The translations under genes and the position numbers were made by a program. Shown piece by piece: positions 48,105 through 57,438 of a DNA stretch of 64,000 bases. The DNA is from Lutispora sp. (lineage in GTDB: Bacteria > Bacillota > Clostridia > Lutisporales > Lutisporaceae), in contig NZ_JAWLCK010000001.1 in assembly GCF_041687175.1 (NCBI RefSeq), forward strand, positions 35,982-99,981, given 5' to 3'. Each line of letters begins with the position of its first letter. The stretch's first letter is position 1. A model generated the notes under the pieces. That model ran no database searches, had not been told where the DNA came from, and saw only the letters and a list, made by a program, of their open reading frames with translations.

Positions 48105-48611
48105 TTACTTTTTCTCAAGAAAGCTGCTCAATATCTGCAGCCTAGGATCAACTTCATCAAATGTACAATCACATTCATCAATATTTTTATTCTTGCCGCA
48201 TTTAGGACACAAACCTTTGCAGTCCGTTTTACATAGTGGTTTCATGGTCATTTGGGAAGTAATTTCATTTATCACTATCTCATCTAATGATATTATATCT
48301 CCCTTGAGCGGATGTGCATCTTCCTTTTGCTCATTTGAGCTTTTTACAAACACATAATCAGCATCAAAGTTAATTTCTTCATCATATGAGCTAAGGCATC
48401 TAGAGCAATTCCTATTGATTTTGGTTTTAATATTCATATTTACTCTTATTTTACCTTCATAGTTTATTGCATAGCCCTCAACCTTCACAGGTTCTGTGAT
48501 GTGTATTTGCTCTCCAAAAAACTCAATACTGCTGTCATCGATATCTTCAAAAAAATAAAATTCCTTCTTATGGCCTTCATTTTTCAAGATATCTGCTACA
48601 TTTATCTCCAT
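48105..48611 (-). CDS. yceD: YceD/YlbN family protein (DUF177, large-subunit rRNA accumulation)
   Basis: 168 aa with cysteine clusters (CSRCL; CK.DCKGLCPKCGKN.N...CDC) and DPRL near the C-terminus, typical of DUF177. Immediately upstream of rpmF, as in most bacteria. Confidence 0.88.
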   Translation of the reverse strand: MEINVADILKNEGHKKEFYFFEDIDDSSIEFFGEQIHITEPVKVEGYAINYEGKIRVNMNIKTKINRNCSRCLSSYDEEINFDADYVFVKSSNEQKEDAHPLKGDIISLDEIVINEITSQMTMKPLCKTDCKGLCPKCGKNKNIDECDCTFDEVDPRLQILSSFLEKK

Positions 48612-48641
48612 TAAACCACCTCAGCTTAATTGACAAATTTT

Positions 48642-48670
48642 ATTATACAAAGCAATGTATCTTTTGTCAA
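48642..48670 (-). promoter_or_regulatory. Consensus sigma-A promoter for yceD-rpmF
   Basis: Minus strand TTGACA-17 nt-TATAAT (both hexamers perfect), about 30 nt upstream of the yceD ATG. Confidence 0.75.
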
Positions 48671-48705
48671 GAAAAAATCCTTTACTGAACCATGCTGCAT
48701 ATTTT

Positions 48706-48735
48706 AATAAATGGCAGGCTTCCCTGCCATTTATT
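48706..48735 (-). terminator. Terminator-like hairpin after ackA
   Basis: AATAAATGGCAGG-cttc-CCTGCCATTTATT. The GC core GGCAGG/CCTGCC is followed on the minus strand by AUUUAUUAAAAU. Confidence 0.55.
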
Positions 48736-48746
48736 CCTCTATTTTT

Positions 48747-49943
48747 TTATTTTTCTATAAGCTCCTTCGTATCTCTTGCAATCATTAGTTCTTCGTTTGT
48801 AGGAATCAATAATACTTTAACCTTTGATCCTGCTTTTGATACATCTACTTCTTTACCTCTTACATTATTCTTCTCAGAATCCACTTCTACACCTAAGAAC
48901 TCAAGGCCTTCACAAATATCAGCTCTCATAGAAGCTGAATTTTCACCTAAACCTGCAGTAAATACAATGGCATCAATTCCACCCATTGCTGCTGCATAAG
49001 CTCCTATATATTTTCTTACTCTATATGCGAAAAGTTTAAGAGCAAGCGCTGCTCTCTCATTTCCTTTTTCTGCAGCTTCCTCAATATCTCTAAAATCGCT
49101 GCTTACGCCAGACACACCAAGGACACCTGATTGTTTATTAAGCAATTTGTCTACACCATTCAAATCTAAGCCTTCTTTTTCAGCTATGAACTTAACAATG
49201 GCTGGGTCCAAATCTCCACATCTTGTTCCCATCGCCAAACCTTCAAGAGGGGTAAATCCCATGCTGGTGTCTACTGATTTACCATTCTTCACAGCAGCAA
49301 CACTTGCACCATTTCCAAGATGGCAAGTCACTATCTTTAAATCCTCAATGTTCTTCCCTAGCAATGCAGCAGCTCTTTGTGAAACATATTTGTGGGAAGT
49401 TCCATGGAATCCATATCTTCTTACACCATATTTCTCATATAGTTCATAGGGCAGCGCATAAATATATGCTTCTTTTGGCATAGTCTGATGGAAAGCTGTA
49501 TCAAATACTCCTACCATAGGTACTCCAGGCATTAACTGTTGGCAAGCCTCTATACCGATAATGTTTGGCGGGTTATGTAGAGGTGCTAAATCGATACATT
49601 CTTTCAATGCATTAACAACCTCTTCAGTGATAACTACTGAACAAGCAAATTTTTCACCTGCGTGAACAACTCTATGTCCAACAGCATTTATCTCCTTCAT
49701 ATCTTTTATAACGCCATACTTCTCATTCATCAAAGCATCAATTACATTCTTTAATGCTTCCTTATGAGTAGGCATGTCTTCTTCAATGACAACCTTTTCT
49801 CCATTTTTGGGCTGATGTTTCAACACAGAACCTTCTATTCCTATTCTTTCCACAAGTCCTTTTGCTTCAACTTCTTCGTTTTCCATATTTATCAACTGGT
49901 ACTTAAGTGAAGAACTACCACAGTTGACAACAAATATCTTCAT
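48747..49943 (-). CDS. ackA: Acetate kinase
   Basis: [25 protein letters not shown]-type motif ([11 protein letters not shown]), [39 protein letters not shown]. Confidence 0.97.
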   Translation of the reverse strand: MKIFVVNCGSSSLKYQLINMENEEVEAKGLVERIGIEGSVLKHQPKNGEKVVIEEDMPTHKEALKNVIDALMNEKYGVIKDMKEINAVGHRVVHAGEKFACSVVITEEVVNALKECIDLAPLHNPPNIIGIEACQQLMPGVPMVGVFDTAFHQTMPKEAYIYALPYELYEKYGVRRYGFHGTSHKYVSQRAAALLGKNIEDLKIVTCHLGNGASVAAVKNGKSVDTSMGFTPLEGLAMGTRCGDLDPAIVKFIAEKEGLDLNGVDKLLNKQSGVLGVSGVSSDFRDIEEAAEKGNERAALALKLFAYRVRKYIGAYAAAMGGIDAIVFTAGLGENSASMRADICEGLEFLGVEVDSEKNNVRGKEVDVSKAGSKVKVLLIPTNEELMIARDTKELIEK

Positions 49944-50187
49944 TACAATACCTCCTAATTATAAATGTTCAACCATTATTCTTTTCTATATAAAATGATA
50001 ATATCCTTCTTTCTTAGTATAATTATTTCATAATTCTTAGGGAAGTATAAATTATATTAGCGTTATTTTGACTATATGAATTAAAAATACTTCCAATGGA
50101 AGCATTTCTTATAATGAAAGATTATTTATGATAATATATATATATATTTTAATACCATTTCAATTTATTATCCCGAGGTGCTGTTTT

Positions 50188-51414
50188 ATGAAAGTAGTAG
50201 GTATAATTGCTGAATATAATCCTTTCCACAATGGCCATAAATACCATCTTGAATTATCCAAAAAGATGTGTGATGCCCAATACTCCGTTGCTGTAATGAG
50301 TGGTAACTTCCTACAAAGAGGAGAGCCAGCTCTTTTTGATAAATGGACTCGTGCAAAAATGGCAGTGTTGAATGGAGTTGATTTAGTTATAGAACTGCCC
50401 GTTATTTTTTCCTGTCAGGTTGCAGAATTATTTGCTTTTGGTGCTGTTAAAATATTGAATTCATTGGGAATAGTTGATTATTTAAGCTTCGGCAGTGAAA
50501 ATGGAAACATAGAAGAGCTCTATGATATAGCTGAAGCTTTGTTAAACGAACCTGTGGAAATAAGCAATGAAATAAAGCATCTAATGGATAAAGGCTTGAC
50601 TTATTCAAAGGCTTTGGGCGATACATACAACAAATATTACGGTAACATCCTATCCTATCCCAATAATGTATTAGGTATAGAATATATAAAATCTATTTTG
50701 CTTCTTAATAGTGCAATAAAACCTGTGACAGTAAAACGAGTCATGAACAATTATAATGATGCTTATTTCACTGGCACTATATCCAGTGCAACGGCAATAA
50801 GAAAAGCATTAAAAGAAAATCTTTTTATAGAAGATATACAAGCTTCTACGCCGGAAGCTTCATGGAATATTATCCAAGATAGCATAATGATTAAAAAAGG
50901 ACCTGTTTTCTGGGAAGATTTCACTGATATGCTTTTATACCAAATCAGAAAATCCAACTATCAGGATATAGAGAGCCTCCCGGACATAAAAGAAGGTCTT
51001 GAGTATAGAATTAAAAAAGCAGGTAATATTTCTACCTGCTTTGAAGAGTTGATTGATTTATTGAAAACAAAGCGATATACCAGAACCTTTTTGCAAAGAA
51101 GCTTATGTCATCTGCTTTTAGGCATAAATAAAGAAGATTTAAAGCATGCCAAAGAAGCACAAGCACCAATTTATATCAGAATTCTTGCTCTTAATAAAAA
51201 AGGTAGAGATTTATTAAAAGAAATCAGAAAAAACACTGATTATCCAATAGTAAATAAACCTGCTAACTTCAAACCTGATTCATCATATCTAGATAGAATC
51301 TTTGAACTGGATGTCAGAACAACCGATATATACAACTTAGGCTACAAAAATAATGATTATAGAATGGCTGGAATGGATTACATGACTTCCCCATTTTATG
51401 CAGACTCGTTATAA
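50188..51414 (+). CDS. tmcAL: tRNA(Met) cytidine acetate ligase TmcAL (YlbM/UPF0348 nucleotidyltransferase)
   Basis: MKVVGIIAEYNPFHNGHKYHL (HxGH-type motif), VMSGNFLQRGEPA..DKW.RA, NNVLGIEY. Start at ATG 50188 (GAGGTG SD); the ORF-track start at 50128 is in AT-rich leader. Confidence 0.88.
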   Translation: MKVVGIIAEYNPFHNGHKYHLELSKKMCDAQYSVAVMSGNFLQRGEPALFDKWTRAKMAVLNGVDLVIELPVIFSCQVAELFAFGAVKILNSLGIVDYLSFGSENGNIEELYDIAEALLNEPVEISNEIKHLMDKGLTYSKALGDTYNKYYGNILSYPNNVLGIEYIKSILLLNSAIKPVTVKRVMNNYNDAYFTGTISSATAIRKALKENLFIEDIQASTPEASWNIIQDSIMIKKGPVFWEDFTDMLLYQIRKSNYQDIESLPDIKEGLEYRIKKAGNISTCFEELIDLLKTKRYTRTFLQRSLCHLLLGINKEDLKHAKEAQAPIYIRILALNKKGRDLLKEIRKNTDYPIVNKPANFKPDSSYLDRIFELDVRTTDIYNLGYKNNDYRMAGMDYMTSPFYADSL

Positions 51415-52187
51415 TAGTTTTTTAAAGCTTCTTCTATCTTTGGAAAAGCCTCTAGCGCAGCCCTTTTTCCTTCTTCTACGCATAAGTCAACCCTTGTAAA
51501 ATCCAGAGGGTTGATATTTTTTACTATGGGATCGATTATAATATAGTCCTCTGTTAATTTGTTTTCTGTAATTGTATTTTCCATGGTTTCTATACTCTGT
51601 AAAATGATTTCAAACAGGTTCTTGGGCTTCAAATTATTTTGCCCCCTACATACATCTACTGCAATAACTATGTCTGCTCCCATTTCTTTCACCAAACTTG
51701 CAGGTACCCTTTCTATAACGCCTCCATCTACTAATATCATATCATCGATTTCCACGGGACAGAATATGCCGGGGATGGAAATGCTTGCTCTTATAGCCTT
51801 CCAAAGAGGACCCTTATCAAAAACATATCTTTTAGAACTCGTCAAATCTGTTGCAACAATATTTATAGGTATTTCAACATCTTCTATGTTTCTATCCCTC
51901 GTCAGTATTCTAAATAGCTCTTCTGCCTTTTTTCCTGCCAATAAACCTTTTTTTGAAACCGCTGGATCCATCCAGATATCAGCTTTCATATTTTCTGCCA
52001 GTTTTATCATCATATCAACATCAATTCCACAAGAATATAAAGCACCTATCAAAGCACCTATGCTGCTTCCTGCTATGCAATGGGGTTTTATTCCGCTTTC
52101 TTCCAATGCCTTAAGCACTCCTAGATGCGCCAATCCCTTTGAAGCTCCCGAACCAAGTGCTAAACCAATTTTCGGTTCTTTTAGCAT
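51396..52187 (-). CDS. Patatin-like phospholipase (YlbK-like)
   Basis: Oxyanion motif LGSGASKGLAHLGVLKAL, nucleophile elbow GSSIGA, and catalytic Asp in VDGGV. Confidence 0.9.
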   Translation of the reverse strand: MLKEPKIGLALGSGASKGLAHLGVLKALEESGIKPHCIAGSSIGALIGALYSCGIDVDMMIKLAENMKADIWMDPAVSKKGLLAGKKAEELFRILTRDRNIEDVEIPINIVATDLTSSKRYVFDKGPLWKAIRASISIPGIFCPVEIDDMILVDGGVIERVPASLVKEMGADIVIAVDVCRGQNNLKPKNLFEIILQSIETMENTITENKLTEDYIIIDPIVKNINPLDFTRVDLCVEEGKRAALEAFPKIEEALKNYYNESA

Positions 52188-52287
52188 AAGAAAACCAGCT
52201 CCTAAACCAATTTATTGAAAATAACAAGTATAGTTATGGTTTCGATTAATATAATATAATAACCCATCTTTAATATTAGGTGATGCT

Positions 52288-53475
52288 ATGAGTAGAAAAA
52301 ATATTCCTGTATACACTAATGCTTTAATATTTGTTTTCATTGTATCCAGTATAATCATATTTCCCGAAGAAACATTTAAGGCCTCATTAGAAGGCCTAAA
52401 TCTATGGTTTAATGTGGTATGTCCTGCCCTATTGCCATTTTTTATATGTGCAGAAATATTAATCGGATTAGGTGTTGTTAGTTTTCTAGGGAGCATATTC
52501 AGACCTCTAATGAGTATTATATTCAATATCCCCGGTGAAGGTGCCTTTGCATTTGTAATGAGTATAGCTTCTGGGTATCCTGTTGGTGCAAAAATCATTG
52601 CCAGCTTCAGAAGCAATAATCAATGTACCAAAGTTGAAGCTCAAAGAATGATAAGCCTCTGCAGTACCTCCGGCCCCCTATTTATTATTGGAGCTGTATC
52701 AGTAGGCATGCTTAAAAAACCTGAAATTGCTCCTTTACTATTATTGTCCCATTATCTATCAGCAATAAGCTGTGGTTTGATAATGAAATTTTATAAGAAA
52801 AGTGAAAAATCAAAAGTCAATACACCTATAGGTAATCCTTTCAAGGAAATGATCAAATATAGAGAAAAGGATAATAGAAGCATAGGGCAGTTAATGGGAG
52901 ATTCTGTTAAGAACGGTATTAGTTTAGTTCTGCTAGTAGGTGGATATATAATAATATTTTCTGTAATTTCAAGAATTATAAGGGTTACTGGATTACTAAC
53001 CCTTATAACTAATTTTATAAATCTTCTGCCCTTTATCAACATCAAGGATAGTCGAAATGTTTCAATGGTTATAACGGGAATTCTCGAGGTGACCAACGGT
53101 ATAAAAGAATGTGCCCCTCTTTATTTGCCTGACATAGTAAAAGCCTCAATAGTCAGCTTTTTTATAGGTTTCGGTGGTTTATCCATAAATGCTCAAGTAT
53201 CAGGTATAATTCAAAACACTGATATAAGCTTCTTCATATACTTTATGATGAAAATACTCCAAGGTGCCTTTGCTTCGCTATACACATTGCTCTTAAGCAA
53301 AATAGCCAATCTTCCTGTGTTCAATACATATTCTCTATACCCAAGTTATGACCCATTATCCTGGCACGGAACAATAGCTCTGTCAGTAAAGTTTTTAGCC
53401 ACATATTTATTGTTTTTGTTTTTATTATCCATCTTAGTATACATAGCTACATCTATAAAAGCCATAAAAAAATAA
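52288..53475 (+). CDS. ylbJ: Sporulation integral membrane protein YlbJ
   Basis: 395-aa polytopic membrane protein with nucleoside-recognition-type repeats (EGLNLWFNVVCPALLPFFI, SGYPVGAKI, NGIKE). The divergent position relative to the coaD/rsmD block matches Bacillus ylbJ. Confidence 0.82.
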   Translation: MSRKNIPVYTNALIFVFIVSSIIIFPEETFKASLEGLNLWFNVVCPALLPFFICAEILIGLGVVSFLGSIFRPLMSIIFNIPGEGAFAFVMSIASGYPVGAKIIASFRSNNQCTKVEAQRMISLCSTSGPLFIIGAVSVGMLKKPEIAPLLLLSHYLSAISCGLIMKFYKKSEKSKVNTPIGNPFKEMIKYREKDNRSIGQLMGDSVKNGISLVLLVGGYIIIFSVISRIIRVTGLLTLITNFINLLPFINIKDSRNVSMVITGILEVTNGIKECAPLYLPDIVKASIVSFFIGFGGLSINAQVSGIIQNTDISFFIYFMMKILQGAFASLYTLLLSKIANLPVFNTYSLYPSYDPLSWHGTIALSVKFLATYLLFLFLLSILVYIATSIKAIKK

Positions 53476-53496
53476 GCTGGTACCAGCTTATTTTTC
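53466..53496. terminator. Bidirectional terminator between convergent ylbJ and the coiled-coil ORF
   Basis: AAAAAAATAAGCTGGTACCAGCTTATTTTTCC: a palindromic stem AAGCTGG/CCAGCTT flanked by an A-run and a T-run. Confidence 0.75.
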
Positions 53497-54033
53497 CTAA
53501 CTTTTATAGTTTTTTAACTCTTCCCTATTGGAATTAATTATAGCTAAGACCTTTTCAACCCTTGCTGATAATTCTACTAGTATATCATCCGCATAGGCTC
53601 TCGCACCTAGTCTTATTTTCTTCGCATCTTGCTGGGCAGCACTAATAATATCCTTAGCCTGCTCATTTGCTCTCTTTGTTACTTCGCTTTCATCTATCAT
53701 ACTCTTTATTCTTCTATCAGCCTCTTGCCTCAATATCTCGGATTCTTTTTCTGCTTCAGCAAGTATTCTTTGTCTTTCTTCCTTTATCTTTTGAAGCCTT
53801 TCATCGCATTCCTTTCTGATGCTTTCTGCTTCTTTTTTTGCTTCAATAAGTATTTTTTGTCTTTCCTCTTTAATCCACTGGGCTTGCTTCAGCTCATCCG
53901 GAAGCTTTATTCTTATATCTTTAATTATATCCAACAATTCCTCTTTGTTTACTACAGCCTTTGAAGATAACGGCAAATTAGACGCTTTTTCTATAATATC
54001 CTCTAAAGCATCCAATAAAAGCAAAACCTCCAT
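53497..54033 (-). CDS. Coiled-coil protein of unknown function (ATP-synthase-b/H-like annotation class), internal tandem repeat
   Basis: 178 aa, strongly helical and E/K/R-rich. It contains a near-duplicate segment (KEERQKILIEAKKEAESIRKE / KEERQRILAEAEKESEILRQE) and has no TM or enzymatic motif. Confidence 0.55.
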   Translation of the reverse strand: MEVLLLLDALEDIIEKASNLPLSSKAVVNKEELLDIIKDIRIKLPDELKQAQWIKEERQKILIEAKKEAESIRKECDERLQKIKEERQRILAEAEKESEILRQEADRRIKSMIDESEVTKRANEQAKDIISAAQQDAKKIRLGARAYADDILVELSARVEKVLAIINSNREELKNYKS

Positions 54034-54048
54034 AATACAACCCCCTGA

Positions 54049-54522
54049 TTAGATTTTTCTATACAATTCCTTTTCAACAACTTCGGGTATCAAACCTTTC
54101 ACACAGCCACCAAATTTAGCAACTTCTTTAATCAGACTCGAACTTAAGTAAGAATATTTATTGCTCGTCATCATAAAAATCGTCTCGATTTCAGGATTTA
54201 GTTTTCTATTCATTAAAGCCATTTGAAATTCATACTCAAAATCCGATACAGCCCTTAATCCTTTTATTATGGTATGAGCATTCTTTTCCTTCATGAATTC
54301 AATTAATAAACCATCAAAGGAGGCCACTTCTATATTATTAATGCCTTTACAGCTTTCTTTTAAAAATTCCAATCTTTTTTCTACGGTAAACATGGGTGAT
54401 TTGTTGTTATTGATTAATACTGCTACTATAAGCTTATCAAACAGTTTTGAGGCTCTTTCAATTATATCCAAGTGTCCGTTTGTAACAGGGTCAAAACTAC
54501 CAGGATATACTCCTATTCTCAT
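54049..54522 (-). CDS. coaD: Phosphopantetheine adenylyltransferase CoaD
   Basis: [42 protein letters not shown]. Confidence 0.97.
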   Translation of the reverse strand: MRIGVYPGSFDPVTNGHLDIIERASKLFDKLIVAVLINNNKSPMFTVEKRLEFLKESCKGINNIEVASFDGLLIEFMKEKNAHTIIKGLRAVSDFEYEFQMALMNRKLNPEIETIFMMTSNKYSYLSSSLIKEVAKFGGCVKGLIPEVVEKELYRKI

Positions 54523-54540
54523 TTTATTTATCTCTCCATT

Positions 54541-55095
54541 CTACTTTTTAATCCTATATAGCGATAGACGAATATTACCATATTTTTTTTCTTTTATTTT
54601 CTCTAATAACTCTATTGTATCAGGCATTAAATTCTTAGCCTCATGCTCAATTATGATAATTCCATCCTTTGCTAATATTTTTTTCTTTTGAATTTTCCTT
54701 GCTGCTTCTATTTCTATACCCATCTTATATGGAGGATCTATAAAAACAATATCAAACTCTTTACCTTGGTTAGACAGCCTGTCAATGGCTATAGAATAAT
54801 CGTTATGTATTACCTCAGTTTCATTTATGATTTTAGTTATCTCCAGATTCTTTTTTAAGACTCTAATGCTCTCCATTGCTGAGTCAACAAATACTACTTC
54901 TTTGGCGCCTCTGCTATAAGCTTCTATGCCCACACCCCCACTTCCGGCAAATAAATCCAAAAATCTGGAATCAACCACCATATTACCTAGGATGCTAAAT
55001 AAAGCTTCCCTTACCATATCTGAGGTAGGCCTGATGAGTTTGGTATCTATACTTTGAAGCTTCCTTCCTTTTAGCTCTCCAGCTATTATTCTCAA
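54541..55095 (-). CDS. rsmD: 16S rRNA (guanine966-N2)-methyltransferase RsmD
   Basis: RIIAGELKGRKL......RPTSDMVREALFSIL, SAM motif LDLFAGSGGVGIEA, and DPPY. TTG start at 55095 with GGAGG SD. Confidence 0.93.
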   Translation of the reverse strand: MRIIAGELKGRKLQSIDTKLIRPTSDMVREALFSILGNMVVDSRFLDLFAGSGGVGIEAYSRGAKEVVFVDSAMESIRVLKKNLEITKIINETEVIHNDYSIAIDRLSNQGKEFDIVFIDPPYKMGIEIEAARKIQKKKILAKDGIIIIEHEAKNLMPDTIELLEKIKEKKYGNIRLSLYRIKK

Positions 55096-55125
55096 TGAGC
55101 ATCCTCCTAACTCGACTACAATTAT

Positions 55126-55154
55126 ATTTTACCATAAAGCCTATTTTTAGACAA
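55126..55154 (-). promoter_or_regulatory. Candidate sigma-A promoter (extended -10) for rsmD-coaD
   Basis: Minus strand TTGTCT-17 nt (ending in TGG)-TAAAAT, about 30 nt upstream of the rsmD TTG start. Confidence 0.5.
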
Positions 55155-55269
55155 AATATGATTTTTATTAAGTGAATAAAAAACACTTAATTGCAGAATC
55201 TATTATCAGGGATATTAGTAAAACACTATATTTCCCCATAGAGCTCTTCCTTCAATTTCTCCTCTCCCT

Positions 55270-55293
55270 ATACTGGTGATTTATCACCAGTAT
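55270..55293 (-). other. Stem-loop 2 nt after the recG stop, lacking a U-tract on the recG strand
   Basis: ATACTGGTGAT-tt-ATCACCAGTAT. On the minus strand it is followed by AGGGAGAGGAG. The T-run (TTTTAATTT) is on the plus strand only. Confidence 0.45.
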
Positions 55294-55294
55294 T

Positions 55295-57361
55295 TTAATT
55301 TAATGCTATTTCTTCAGTTATTTTTGCAAATTCATCATCTAAATATTTGACCATCTTATGGTAATCTTCTTCTTCAACACTTTTTTCTTTATACAAAAGT
55401 TCAATGGCTTCCTTTGATTCTTTAATAATATCGTAGTCCGTGGATAAATCCACGAGTCTGAATTCTGGCAGTCCATGCTGCTTTGTTCCCAATATTTCGC
55501 CGCTCCCTCTAGTTTCCAAATCCTTTTTTGCGATTAAAAAGCCATCATTGGTTTTAGTCATGAACTTTAGCCTGTCCCTTGCACTTTCACTATTAGAATC
55601 AGATATTAAAATGCAGTAGGATTGATAGCTTCCTCGTCCTACTCTTCCTCTTAATTGATGAAGCTGAGCAAGACCAAATCTCTCAGCATTTTCAATCAAC
55701 ATGATCGTTGCATTAGGTACATTTATTCCAACTTCAATAACTGTTGTAGAAACTATAATTTGAATATCACCATTCTTAAAGTCTTCCATTATCTTATCTT
55801 TCTCTTCATTTTTCATTTTCCCATAGATTAGTCCTATATTATAGTTTCTGAAGTAGCTGCTTTTTATATTTTCACAATACTCTTTGGCAGAGTTTATTTC
55901 CAGGTTTTCCGATTCTTCAACTAAAGGACAAACTATATATGCCTGTCGGCCTTCTTCAATAAGCTTCTTTACAAAGTTATAAAGCCTTTCCCTTTTGTCT
56001 GATCCTATAAAATAGGTTTCAATCTTTTTCCTATTTGGTGGAAGTTCATCAATAATGGATATGTCCAGATCTCCATAAAGAACCAAAGACAGGGTTCTTG
56101 GTATTGGAGTTGCACTCATAACTAACATATCTGGGTTTGAGCCTTTAGATTTTAGTATTGCTCTTTGTCTAACACCAAATCTATGCTGCTCATCGGTAAT
56201 AACCAATCCCAGATTGGGAAAATCTACTCCTTCGCTTAATAATGCGTGAGTGCCAATTATTATATGGATATTGCCTTCTTTTATATCCTCCAAAACTTCT
56301 CTTTTATAAGATGCCTTCATGCTGCCTGTAATCAAGGCAATGTTAATATCCTCGCCATTTAATTTTAAATATTCTCTTATAGTTTCAAAGTGCTGAGCAG
56401 CTAATATCTCTGTAGGAGCCATCATAACACCTTGATAACCGCTTTTAACACAATTCAGCAATGCAAGAAATGCTATTACTGTTTTTCCAGAACCTACATC
56501 ACCTTGAATCAGTCTGTTCATGGCAACAGGCTTTCCCATATCTATAAGAACCTCTTCCAAGACTCTCTCTTGAGCACCTGTTAGATTATAGGGAAGCTTT
56601 GAGACGAAGTTCTTTACTTCGTCCATAGCTTTAAATTCTATGCCTTTTTCCTTATCAATTGATATACCTCTCAGCTTAATAAGATAAGATTGAAGGAAAA
56701 AAACCTCCTGGAATTTCAATCTTCTTATAGCCATTTGAAGGTTTTTTTGAGTATCTGGAAAATGAATGTTCTTCAGAGAAAAATTTATTTCTGCCAGTTT
56801 AAATCTGGTTCTGAACTCAGCAGGGAAAATCTCTTCTACGGTATTATCGATATACTCTAAAGCTCCATAAACTGCTTTCCTAATCTCCTTTTGGCTTAAT
56901 CCTTCAGTAAGCCCATATTCAGGCACAATTCTAAGTGTATTAATATTATTTGAAGAAATTTTCTCGTATTCAGGAACTTCCATTGCTATAGAATTGTATA
57001 TCAAGCTTGTTCTACCTGAAAAAACAATAGTATCACCAGGCTTAAACAAATTTTTAGCATATCTATTATTATAAAAAACAACAACAATAGAGCCTGTCTC
57101 ATCAGAAACCGTGAATTTGGTTATGAGTAGTCCTCTCCTGCTTCTTGATTCTGTAGCTTTTGATTCTATCCTGCCTCTAATATTGTAAAATCCGGCAGGA
57201 GTCAAATCCTTTATATTTGAGATTACACTCTTATCCTTATATCTTTTTGGAAAATAATAAACCAAATCACCTATTGTTTTTATTCCCAGCTTTGATAATT
57301 TCTTCGCTTTGAAGCTTCCTATTCCTTTCAATACTTGAACACTTTCATCTAATCTGTTCAT
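55295..57361 (-). CDS. recG: ATP-dependent DNA helicase RecG
   Basis: OB wedge domain, then helicase motifs LIQGDVGSGKT, VITDEQHRFGV, MSATPIPRT, QLHQLRGRVGRG. Confidence 0.97.
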   Translation of the reverse strand: MNRLDESVQVLKGIGSFKAKKLSKLGIKTIGDLVYYFPKRYKDKSVISNIKDLTPAGFYNIRGRIESKATESRSRRGLLITKFTVSDETGSIVVVFYNNRYAKNLFKPGDTIVFSGRTSLIYNSIAMEVPEYEKISSNNINTLRIVPEYGLTEGLSQKEIRKAVYGALEYIDNTVEEIFPAEFRTRFKLAEINFSLKNIHFPDTQKNLQMAIRRLKFQEVFFLQSYLIKLRGISIDKEKGIEFKAMDEVKNFVSKLPYNLTGAQERVLEEVLIDMGKPVAMNRLIQGDVGSGKTVIAFLALLNCVKSGYQGVMMAPTEILAAQHFETIREYLKLNGEDINIALITGSMKASYKREVLEDIKEGNIHIIIGTHALLSEGVDFPNLGLVITDEQHRFGVRQRAILKSKGSNPDMLVMSATPIPRTLSLVLYGDLDISIIDELPPNRKKIETYFIGSDKRERLYNFVKKLIEEGRQAYIVCPLVEESENLEINSAKEYCENIKSSYFRNYNIGLIYGKMKNEEKDKIMEDFKNGDIQIIVSTTVIEVGINVPNATIMLIENAERFGLAQLHQLRGRVGRGSYQSYCILISDSNSESARDRLKFMTKTNDGFLIAKKDLETRGSGEILGTKQHGLPEFRLVDLSTDYDIIKESKEAIELLYKEKSVEEEDYHKMVKYLDDEFAKITEEIALN

Positions 57362-57394
57362 TTTTTATACCCCATTATAGATTCATTTCATGCA

Positions 57395-57427
57395 AAATGC
57401 GTAAATCTTCTCACAATTTACGCATTT
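57395..57427 (-). terminator. Terminator-like hairpin between yloV and recG
   Basis: AAATGCGTAAAT-9 nt loop-ATTTACGCATTT, a 12-bp AT-rich stem. On the minus strand it runs into TTGCATG, so the U-tract is short. Confidence 0.45.
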
Positions 57428-57438
57428 AATACAATAAT

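Noticed and set aside
50060-50085. A cre (CcpA)-like element, TATTAGCGTTATTT, in the ackA/tmcAL divergent region.
   Set aside because: It has four mismatches to the TGWAANCGNTNWCA core, including the conserved TG and CA ends. It cannot be distinguished from chance.
50134-50147. An (AT)7 microsatellite in the ackA/tmcAL intergenic region.
   Set aside because: It is short and expected by chance in intergenic DNA of roughly 25% GC. There is no evidence for phase-variable spacing of a promoter.
51559-52218. A 219-aa plus-strand ORF antisense to the patatin-like gene. Similar long antisense ORFs occur at 4450..5034, 18280..18831, 19378..19938, 10223..10675, 31537..31986 and 63489..63959.
   Set aside because: All are S/F/L/I-rich mirror frames of confidently assigned genes. 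None has an SD or a recognisable domain, so I treat them as non-coding shadows.
52212-52616. A 134-aa minus-strand ORF overlapping the start of ylbJ.
   Set aside because: It is antisense to a well-supported polytopic membrane protein gene and has no motif or SD. It would also overlap the patatin-gene upstream region. Most likely spurious.
55168-55239. A possible 23-aa hydrophobic sORF (MGKYSVLLISLIIDSAIKCFLFT) downstream of recG.
   Set aside because: It has only a marginal SD (AGGAAG) and no independent promoter, and I cannot check conservation. It is too short to separate from a random ORF.
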